Shown piece after piece: positions 1-7,126 of a DNA stretch of 64,000 nt. Source of the stretch: Terriglobia bacterium (GTDB taxonomy: Bacteria > Acidobacteriota > Terriglobia > UBA7540); contig JBJKQK010000168.1 of assembly GCA_046705285.1 (NCBI GenBank), forward strand, positions 1,276 through 65,275. Direction: 5' to 3'. The notes beneath the pieces are model-generated. The model searched no databases and was not told where the DNA came from. It was given only the letters and a program-made list of their open reading frames with translations. Numbering within the stretch: position 1 is the first letter of the stretch; each line of letters begins with the position of its first letter. A program made the translations under genes and the position numbers.

Positions 1-507
1 TCGGCCATTGAAGTTGAGCCGCCCCCCTGGCTGATCCCACGGATCCTCCGCGCCACGATTGGCGAGTCGCGTGCTGGTTTCCCTGATCAACTGGGCACAT
101 TGCTACGCCGTCTTCGGCAACCCCGCCTTGCCTACGCACTGGCCATGACGGTCTTTTCGATTTCACTGCTGGTCAACATCGCGGGCTTCAATCTCCGCAG
201 CCTGAACGCGCAAGATTTGAATCCGTCGACGTGGTTTTATCGGGTCAACCGGGCGGGGCACCTTCTTTACGCACGAGCCGAGAAATTCTATGATGATCTG
301 CGAATTGTCTATGAAATCGAGTCCCGGTTCCGGAACGCCCAGACCCAGCCGGCAGAACAAGAGAAGCCCAGCAGCAAGCCGAATCCGCCCGGCCGGCCGG
401 CAAGCACTGCCGATGGCGTGAACGGGCAGATGGCACGCTCCTCAGGTAATGTTGCCTGGCCCTACGCTCAGGTGGAACAAGGAGTCCAAACCCATGAAAT
501 GCGCTAA
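1..507 (+). CDS. putative anti-sigma factor, C-terminal part (5' end lies outside the window)
   Basis: Frame 1 is open from base 1 with no stop before 505-507 (SAIEVEPPPWLIPRILRATIGE...). It has one hydrophobic span (LAYALAMTVFSISLLVNIAGF) followed by a Pro/Ser-rich tail. The layout resembles C-terminal halves of zf-HC2-type anti-sigma factors. It overlaps the next gene by 14 nt. The family call is inference. Confidence 0.4.
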   Translation, partial: SAIEVEPPPWLIPRILRATIGESRAGFPDQLGTLLRRLRQPRLAYALAMTVFSISLLVNIAGFNLRSLNAQDLNPSTWFYRVNRAGHLLYARAEKFYDDLRIVYEIESRFRNAQTQPAEQEKPSSKPNPPGRPASTADGVNGQMARSSGNVAWPYAQVEQGVQTHEMR

Positions 508-1165
508 TCACCCACTCAACGATTCCGTGGCCTATTGCGGGCAGTGCGGCCGGCCACTATGTGAAACCTGCCGGCGTGAGGTGAAAGGAACATCATATTG
601 CGAAACATGCCTGGCAGCCCGTCTTCAGTCACCTTTTGGAACATCCATGGGGCTGGGCGGCAGTGGTCCAAGCCCGGGGGTGGCTCTGGCCCTTGGTCTG
701 ATCCCGGGCGTGGGGGCCATCTACAACAGCCAGGTCATCAAGGCGATCGTCCAAGTCTTGATTTTTGGGTCACTGATTGCGCTGGGCAACCGCGTTCACG
801 GACCGGTCGGGCCCATTTTCGGCCTGGCCGCTGCGGCGTTCTATTTCTACATGGTGATTGATTCGTACCAGACTGCAAAGGCCAAGCAACTGGGACAGCC
901 TGCCCCGGAATGGTTCGGCCTGAGCGAAATGAAGATGGACGCTCCGATGGGAGCAGCCTTGCTGATTGCTCTGGGAATTCTCTTCTTGCTGGACAACCTG
1001 GGAATCCCGATTTTTGCTCAAATCGGGAAGTTCTGGCCTGTACTTCTGATCGTGATCGGCCTTGTCCTGCTGCAAAAACGGATGAACCGGCCCGATACGG
1101 TTTACCATCGTGGTTCGGAACCGGCACAACCGCCTCCGGAAAACAATAAAGAGGCCGGGAACTGA
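494..1165 (+). CDS. B-box-like zinc-finger membrane protein with C-terminal LiaF/DUF5668-like TM hairpin
   Basis: ORF 449-1165. The ATG at 494 is preceded by GGAG (481-484). The N-terminus MKCANHPLNDSVAYCGQCGRPLCETCRREVKGTSYCETC fits C-x2-H-x8-C-x2-C-x4-C-x2-C-x9-C-x2-C. Several hydrophobic helices follow, ending in KFWPVLLIVIGLVLL. Confidence 0.6.
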   Translation: MKCANHPLNDSVAYCGQCGRPLCETCRREVKGTSYCETCLAARLQSPFGTSMGLGGSGPSPGVALALGLIPGVGAIYNSQVIKAIVQVLIFGSLIALGNRVHGPVGPIFGLAAAAFYFYMVIDSYQTAKAKQLGQPAPEWFGLSEMKMDAPMGAALLIALGILFLLDNLGIPIFAQIGKFWPVLLIVIGLVLLQKRMNRPDTVYHRGSEPAQPPPENNKEAGN

Positions 1166-1312
1166 AGGTCTTATGCATGCGGTAGAAAAGACACTGCGTA
1201 TTGTGTGAACCAGCAGCGAAGTGACGGCTATCGGCGCCGGGCTGCTGAGACTTTGCCATGGGCCGGCGCGTACCCGCAATTGGTCGAGGTAAGCGGAAAA
1301 GGGGGTAAGGAT

Positions 1313-1540
1313 ATGGAAAGCATGACCGGTTTTGTCTTCGCCCTGCTCTCGCTTGCTGCAATCCTGTTGCCCATAGGAATCGTAGCCATTGTTTTCTGGT
1401 ACAAGGCTCGTGAGCGAGAACTGGAACTTCAGGAATCTCTCCGATTACGCGAATTTGAACACCTGCAAAGATTAAAGGAAATGGAGCTTGAGATCGAAAG
1501 AATGAAAGCACAGGGTACGGAAAAACCTGTTCAAACGTGA
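1313..1540 (+). CDS. small single-pass membrane protein with charged coiled-coil tail (PspB-like architecture)
   Basis: In-frame ATG at 1313 inside ORF 1205-1540, preceded by GGGGGTAAGG. The 75-aa product has one TM (FVFALLSLAAILLPIGIVAIVFW) followed by RERELELQESLRLREFEHLQRLKEMELEIERMK. Confidence 0.5.
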   Translation: MESMTGFVFALLSLAAILLPIGIVAIVFWYKARERELELQESLRLREFEHLQRLKEMELEIERMKAQGTEKPVQT

Positions 1541-1641
1541 ATACGGCGGCAGGGAGAGATGCAAAGCTCGCGGCGCAAAGACATTGCAATGGAATGAGAG
1601 GACAGAATGGGACCATTCCTCAAAAGGGGAGATAAAACTTG

Positions 1642-1878
1642 ATGGCACCCGAAGCATATCCTGATAAAAACCGCTATGAGACCCGGACCAGGAAGCATTC
1701 CGGAGGACACGGCCTCACGGGACCTATCATTCTGATCACGCTTGGAGTGATCTTTCTGGTGGGCGAATTCGTTCCGGGCTGGGGAGTATCAAAGACCTGG
1801 CCGGCTCTTCTGATCGTCATCGGGATCGCCAAAGTGCTTGAATCAGCTCACTCAAGGGAGTCAGCGCCACCAGATTAA
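1642..1878 (+). CDS. small membrane protein, LiaI/LiaF-like TM hairpin (DUF5668-like)
   Basis: ORF 1639-1878 (TTG at 1639, ATG at 1642; GGGGAG at 1626-1631). It has two TM helices: GPIILITLGVIFLVGEF and KTWPALLIVIGIAKVL. The same motif occurs in the genes on either side. Confidence 0.55.
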   Translation: MAPEAYPDKNRYETRTRKHSGGHGLTGPIILITLGVIFLVGEFVPGWGVSKTWPALLIVIGIAKVLESAHSRESAPPD

Positions 1879-1913
1879 CAGGTTGAGATTCATCCTCAAG
1901 GAGAGGATTTCAT

Positions 1914-3350
1914 ATGAGCACCTATCGCCACCGCCGAGGTTCCATCTTCTGGGCGCTTACCCTGATAGGAATTGGTTTCCTTTTCCTTTATCAGAACTTT
2001 GATTCCGCCATTCGCCCGTGGCATCTGATTGCAAAGTACTGGCCAGTCCTTATCATTTTCTGGGGCATCTCAAAGCTGATCGATTATCTCCAGGCCCGGG
2101 CCCATCCAGAGGTTGCGGCACGTTCATTATTTTCGGCTGGAGAAGTTATCCTCCTGATCGTGGTTCTCATCATTGGAACAGCCCTCTCAAAGACGCTTCT
2201 GCGTCCCTGGGGCGATTGGCCATCGGTTATGGGCATTACCGACCAGCAGTTTGCTGAAATGTTTTTCAATTCATACACATTCACACAGAAAGTTTCCCAG
2301 AATGTTGAAGGCAGCCCGCGCATTCTGATCGTCAACCGGAGGGGCAACGTTGATCTTCACGGGACAGACCAGTCCGATATTGGAGGAGTAATCCAGGAAA
2401 CAGTCTGGGCTGAAAATGAATCGACCGCCAGGAAAATCGCAGACAGCCTGAAGTTCAACTTTACAAAAAGCGACGGACAGTACGTGTTGGGGTCCAACCT
2501 TGATTCTCTTCCGCATGCCGGGAGGACTCTGAGACTGGACATGACGCTCCGTGTGCCCAGGTCCACTGCGGCGGAAATCACGGACGATGAGGGCGACATC
2601 AACCTGACTGGTCTGAAGGGCAACCAAACGCTGACCTCGCGCCATGGGGATGTCCACGCAAACCAAATCGAAGGTGTCGTGAGAATCCATAAATCACGAG
2701 GAGCTACTGTGATCGACAAAGTGGACGGCAGCGTGGAAATTGAAGGCAGAGGCGGGGATATCGTCGTGCGGAATGTGACGGGATCCTTAACGGTAGAGGG
2801 AAATTTTTCCGGCGCCGCACAGTTTGAGAATATTGCCCAGATGCTTCGCTACAACTCGTCCCGAACAAACTTGAACGTGCAGAAGCTGACCGGCCATCTC
2901 TCGATGGATATGGGCGACCTGACAGCCAGGGGCGTCCATGGGCCCTTCGAACTGGTGACGCGCGACAAGGACATCGCTCTTAAAGACTTCACCTACAACG
3001 TGAACATCGTGAACACAAACGGAGACATCCACCTTCAGACACCGACTCCGCCTGCGCATCCCATACAAGTCACCCTGAAAAAGGGCAACATCACCTTGTC
3101 GTTGCCTGCGACCTCCAACTTCACAATTAACGCCCTTTCTACCAATGGAGAAGTCCGTTGTGACTTTCCCGGTCTGCGAGTCTCAAGAGCGCCGGGGAAA
3201 CCCTCCATCAACGGAACTTACGGGAAGGGCGGTCCGGTGATAAATCTTCTTTCGACCTACGGGACCATCCGCGTTGAACGCGCGAAGCCGCATTCCACAT
3301 CGGCCCCGGCAACAACCGCTTCAAGCAGGATCAGAGCGGAGCGCCTGTGA
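1914..3350 (+). CDS. LiaF/LiaG-like protein: N-terminal TM hairpin plus DUF4097-like beta-rich domain
   Basis: 478-aa ORF with AGGAGAGG before the ATG. The N-terminus carries IFWALTLIGIGFLFLY and KYWPVLIIFWGISKLI. The remainder is built of repetitive G-D/N-I/V units (GDINLTG, HGDVHAN, GGDIVVRNVTGSLTVEG, NGDIHLQ, KGNITLS, NGEVRCD), typical of DUF4097 'putative adhesin' domains. Confidence 0.65.
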   Translation: MSTYRHRRGSIFWALTLIGIGFLFLYQNFDSAIRPWHLIAKYWPVLIIFWGISKLIDYLQARAHPEVAARSLFSAGEVILLIVVLIIGTALSKTLLRPWGDWPSVMGITDQQFAEMFFNSYTFTQKVSQNVEGSPRILIVNRRGNVDLHGTDQSDIGGVIQETVWAENESTARKIADSLKFNFTKSDGQYVLGSNLDSLPHAGRTLRLDMTLRVPRSTAAEITDDEGDINLTGLKGNQTLTSRHGDVHANQIEGVVRIHKSRGATVIDKVDGSVEIEGRGGDIVVRNVTGSLTVEGNFSGAAQFENIAQMLRYNSSRTNLNVQKLTGHLSMDMGDLTARGVHGPFELVTRDKDIALKDFTYNVNIVNTNGDIHLQTPTPPAHPIQVTLKKGNITLSLPATSNFTINALSTNGEVRCDFPGLRVSRAPGKPSINGTYGKGGPVINLLSTYGTIRVERAKPHSTSAPATTASSRIRAERL

Positions 3351-3443
3351 TTTATGGCAACCGCTCCTCGGTTTCGCTCCTTTCTCACCGCGATCTGACA
3401 CACCCATTCCCCTTGCCAGATTCCGCACGGTGCGGGATCGTGC

Positions 3444-4757
3444 CTACCTGGCCGCCTGGGCAATCGTCTCAAAAAATGTCGGGAAAGAAATCTGCACGCA
3501 GTCACTATCGACAACCGTGGTGTTTCCGTCAGCGATCAAGCCGGCAATAGCGAAGGCCATGGCGATACGGTGATCTCCATAGCTCGAGATCTCCGCACCC
3601 CTCAACAGTTGCCGTCCTGGAATCCTCAATCCGTCGGGAAACTCTTCAACTTCGGCTCCCATCCTGCGGAGATTTTCGGCGACTGCAGCAATTCTGTCGC
3701 TTTCCTTGACGCGCAGCTCCTGAGCGCCGTGAAAGACAAGGCCCTCCTGGCATTGAGTTCCCAGGACAGACAGGACCGGCAATTCATCGATGAGGCCGGG
3801 AATCATTTCCGAGGGTATCTCTCCACCCCGCAGCAAACTCGCCCGCACGCGAAGGCTGCCAACCATCTCGCCATTGCGGTTTTCACAACTCAAGACATCG
3901 ATGTCCCCGCCGATCGAGCGCAGAAAATCGAGGATTGTGGTCCGCGTGGGATTCAGGCCGACGTTCTGGAAGGTAAGATCGGATCCGTGAACCAGAAGGC
4001 CGGCCACAACAAAGAATGCAGCGGAAGAAATATCACCTGGTACGCTGAGGTCCTGCGCCTTCAGGCGGCCGCCTCCTCGAACACTGATCGTACGATCTTG
4101 ACGGCCAACTTCGACGCCAAACTGTTCGAGCGCAATCTCAGTATGGTCACGTGTCCGGTGTGGCTCAAGGACCTCGGTTATTCCCTCAGCGTAAAGACCC
4201 GCGAGCAGCACAGCGGTTTTCACCTGGGCGCTGGCCATGGGCAACTCATAGTGAATGGGAACAAGGCTTCCACCCTCAATCGTAAGCGGCGGCAGGCCTC
4301 CTGCCATTGACTGGATGCGCGCCCCCATGCGCGTCAGCGGTTCGATGATTCGCTTCATCGGGCGGCGCGAAAGCGAAGCGTCACCGCCAATCACAGTCCG
4401 AAACGGGTGGCCAGAAAGAATCCCTGACATCATCCGGATGGTCGAGCCCGAGTTGCCGGCGTCGAGCGGCTCGGCTGACGCCCGCAGACCTTCAAGCCCT
4501 GTTCCCTCAACCGTCACGTCGCTTCCCTGCCTTTCGATCCTCACTCCCAGTTGCTTCAGGCACCCGAGCGTGCTTTGGCAGTCCGCGCTTTCCGCAAAGG
4601 AATGAAGGTGGCTCGTGCCTTCGGCAATAGCGGCCAGCATGGCGTAACGATGAGAGATTGATTTATCTCCGGGAATCCTGACTGATCCCCCCATGCTCTG
4701 GACGCGTTTTACGGTTCTTGATGTTGTCGAATTCACTGAGATCGTCCTTCTTGTCAC
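3444..4757 (-). CDS. aroA: 3-phosphoshikimate 1-carboxyvinyltransferase (EPSP synthase)
   Basis: 437-aa ORF with GSVRIPGDKSISHRYAMLAA, LDAGNSGSTIRMMSG and YGDHRIAMAFAIAGL motifs. GTG start at 4757. Confidence 0.95.
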   Translation of the reverse strand: MTRRTISVNSTTSRTVKRVQSMGGSVRIPGDKSISHRYAMLAAIAEGTSHLHSFAESADCQSTLGCLKQLGVRIERQGSDVTVEGTGLEGLRASAEPLDAGNSGSTIRMMSGILSGHPFRTVIGGDASLSRRPMKRIIEPLTRMGARIQSMAGGLPPLTIEGGSLVPIHYELPMASAQVKTAVLLAGLYAEGITEVLEPHRTRDHTEIALEQFGVEVGRQDRTISVRGGGRLKAQDLSVPGDISSAAFFVVAGLLVHGSDLTFQNVGLNPTRTTILDFLRSIGGDIDVLSCENRNGEMVGSLRVRASLLRGGEIPSEMIPGLIDELPVLSVLGTQCQEGLVFHGAQELRVKESDRIAAVAENLRRMGAEVEEFPDGLRIPGRQLLRGAEISSYGDHRIAMAFAIAGLIADGNTTVVDSDCVQISFPTFFETIAQAAR

Positions 4758-4870
4758 TTAACGATTGGCAAAATCTTTCCGGTCGTACGTCGAGCCCCCA
4801 CCCTTCGATGAGCCTCGGCAGCCTGTTCCACCAGGAGCGCTAATCCGATTGGCGGATTTATTTTCATGAT
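4754..4870 (-). pseudogene. possible C-terminal remnant of a zinc-type/quinone oxidoreductase (MDR family)
   Basis: The last ~37 codons of ORF 4754-5269 read MKINPPIGLALLVEQAAEAHRRVGARRTTGKILPIVK. This matches the characteristic MDR/Qor C-terminal pattern (..P.I...fpLe.AAEAHr..e.g...GKIvL). The upstream ~130 codons look non-protein-like. Its stop overlaps the aroA GTG start (GTGA). Confidence 0.3.
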
Positions 4871-4973
4871 GTTGAAAGCGCCGCGCCCCACGGAACCGGT
4901 GCCTTGCGGCAGAATGTTCCCTCGCGAAATCGTGATGCGCCAAACGCAGATTCGTGTGTAGTATAGCAGGAAC

Positions 4974-4999
4974 GCCGGGAGCTTCAGCCCGGCTTTTTT
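4974..4999 (+). terminator. orphan rho-independent-terminator-like hairpin
   Basis: GCCGGG-agcttcag-CCCGGC (4974-4993) followed by TTTTTT (4994-4999) on the + strand. No + strand gene lies upstream of it. Confidence 0.35.
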
Positions 5000-5298
5000 G
5001 TGACGGACGCCCCCACATCCCGTTACAGCATTAGGCGTTAGTGGCCTCACCAGGCGTCCTCCCGATTGGAAGAAGTGGTGAGTCTGCACCATTTTCGCTT
5101 CGCCATTATTGCATGACCCGTTCAGGCAGCTCGATACTCCAGGCCTAAGCTTTTTAGGCCTAAATGGATCTGTTAACGATGATAAAATCCAGAAGGAACT
5201 GCGTTTGGCAAGGGAAGTGAAATCGAAAGACACGTGTGAAAGTTCAAGGTTACAGCCAATCGTTCCCAAAGACTGAGGTCATTACCTGTTCTCTCCCA

Positions 5299-6249
5299 AT
5301 GCGTCCCTACGTTTCAGTTATTCTTTGCACAAACGGCCTAAGGCCCATGCTGACTCGCTGCCTGGAGAGTCTGGCCGCTCAAGCTCAAAATTACCCTGAC
5401 TACGAAATCATAGTGGTGTTGAACGCGCCCGTAGACTCGGCATTCGCCGAGGCTGTGTCCGGGTTTCCGGTCAGGTTGCTCAATGAGCCCCGCCGCGGCG
5501 TTTCTAATGCTCGTAATCATGCCGTGCCAAGGGCCAAGGGCGACATCCTGGTATTTGTCGATGATGACGTCCTCACGGGCAGCAACTGGCTGGAGGAGAT
5601 CGTAAAGTGCTTTGCTGACCCCAAGGTTGCCTGTGTCACCGGCCGTGTCATTCCCGCAGGCCCAATTTCCATGGCCGCGGAGAAGGCCGCCAGATATTAT
5701 GGCAGCGAACGGGCCCTCTCTGCCTGGAGTCTCGACGCCTCCAATCCGAACTGGTATCAGTACATCCTCGGCGAACCCGTGGGCTTCGGCTGTAACATGG
5801 CATTCCGTAAAACCTTTTTAGAGAATTATGCTCTTTTTCCCCCGGACCTCGGCGCAGGATCGTTAATTGGCGGAGGAGATGAGTACTACATGTACGTCCA
5901 GGTACTCAAACACGGCTTCCGAATCCGTCACAATCCCGCTGCAGCCGCCACACATTTCTTTGAGGATGATGTTGAGAAGCAGAGAGTTCGCAATGCCCAA
6001 CTCTACGCCGGCAGCGTGGCGTTTGCGCTGAAATTGTTCCTGGAAGAGAAAACCCTTCGGCGGGCGACGGCGAAATGGCTGTTTTCTGCGCTGAAGAGAC
6101 GCGTGCGCCGGATCTGGAACCAAAAGGCCATCGCCTCGGAACCGCAGGAACTGCTTTCGCCTGGCGAGAAGCTGTATGCCTATCTGCGGGGCCTGGGTGT
6201 TTTCTGGAAATCACGCCGACTTAAGGGTCCACCTACGGCACAACACTGA
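5299..6249 (+). CDS. family 2 glycosyltransferase
   Basis: ORF 5236-6249. MRPYVSVILCTNGLRPMLTRCLESLAAQ is a typical GT2 N-terminus, and ILVFVDDDV supplies the DxD motif. The start (ATG 5299 versus GTG 5236) is uncertain and no good SD precedes either. Confidence 0.8.
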   Translation: MRPYVSVILCTNGLRPMLTRCLESLAAQAQNYPDYEIIVVLNAPVDSAFAEAVSGFPVRLLNEPRRGVSNARNHAVPRAKGDILVFVDDDVLTGSNWLEEIVKCFADPKVACVTGRVIPAGPISMAAEKAARYYGSERALSAWSLDASNPNWYQYILGEPVGFGCNMAFRKTFLENYALFPPDLGAGSLIGGGDEYYMYVQVLKHGFRIRHNPAAAATHFFEDDVEKQRVRNAQLYAGSVAFALKLFLEEKTLRRATAKWLFSALKRRVRRIWNQKAIASEPQELLSPGEKLYAYLRGLGVFWKSRRLKGPPTAQH

Positions 6250-6415
6250 ACCGGCGAACAGGCAGAGCGGTTCTTTCAATTCACGGCATCTTTACTGTTA
6301 CCGTTCGGTTGCACAGGCGTATCAATCCGCGTCGGCTGGCGTCAGGCCGGATCCGCATACTCGGAGTTGATCGGCCAAACTCTGTTGTACAATGTTGCAC
6401 GGCAGTGGAGAAGAG

Positions 6416-6973
6416 ATGAATCGCGAAGAATCCTGGCAGCTCCTGTGTGAATATACAAAGAGTGAAAATCTCAGGCGGCATGCGCTGGCCGTTGAAGCCT
6501 GCATGCGCGCTTACGCCCGCAAATTCGATCAAGACGAGCAAAAGTGGGCGGTTGTAGGGCTCCTTCACGATTTCGACTATGAACTCTATCCCAATGCTCC
6601 GGAACACCCTGTAAAAGGCAGCGAGATATTGACCGAACGCGGATATCCAGAGGATGTGCGCCGGGCCATTCTTGGTCATGCAGACTATACGGGTGTCCCG
6701 CGCGACACGCTCATGGCCAAAACATTGTTCGCCTGCGATGAGCTTTCGGGCTTCATCACGGCCTGTGCGCTGGTAAGGCCAGACAGAATTCGGACCCTGG
6801 AACCCAAGTCTGTCCGCAAGAGGATGAAGGACAAGGCATTCGCCCGTTCGGTTCGGCGGGAAGATATCGTCGGCGGGGCTCAGGAGCTTGGCGTGGACAT
6901 CACCGAGCACATTGCCTTATGCATTCACGCAATGCAAGGCATCAGTGATCGTCTTGGGCTGGACGCAGTCTGA
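6416..6973 (+). CDS. HD-domain metal-dependent phosphohydrolase
   Basis: ORF 6392-6973. The ATG at 6416 is preceded by GGAG (6407-6410). Motifs: RRHALAVEACMRAYA, GLLHDFDYELYP, HPVKGSEIL, ILGHADYTG. Confidence 0.8.
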   Translation: MNREESWQLLCEYTKSENLRRHALAVEACMRAYARKFDQDEQKWAVVGLLHDFDYELYPNAPEHPVKGSEILTERGYPEDVRRAILGHADYTGVPRDTLMAKTLFACDELSGFITACALVRPDRIRTLEPKSVRKRMKDKAFARSVRREDIVGGAQELGVDITEHIALCIHAMQGISDRLGLDAV

Positions 6974-7042
6974 CCGCAAACGCCAGGTTTCCCACAAGCT
7001 TCCAGAGAAGCGTCACTCCCTGGATACTTTCGCTCTTCGCGC

Positions 7043-7062
7043 AAAGAAAGAGGGAGTCCCTC
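7043..7062 (-). terminator. weak terminator-like hairpin downstream of the coiled-coil gene
   Basis: On the - strand, GAGGG-act-CCCTC (7050-7062) is followed by TTTCTTT (7043-7049), about 65 nt after the stop at 7127. The stem is short, so confidence is low. Confidence 0.25.
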
Positions 7063-7126
7063 ACAAGTCCTGAAATCCAAGGTCCACCAGGTACGCTCAC
7101 CCTCTGCGCGGCAGGAGAAGCCCGGA

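Noticed and set aside
738-1616. 292-aa - strand ORF across the membrane-protein cluster
   Set aside because: It is antisense to two + strand genes that share a recurring TM motif and have SD sequences. Its composition is Arg/Pro/Ser-rich.
4871-5269. Upstream two thirds of the 171-aa ORF preceding aroA, considered as a real CDS
   Set aside because: The sequence is not protein-like, and this part has no SD or start context. Only the C-terminal ~37 codons resemble a known family, so I treat it as a relic.
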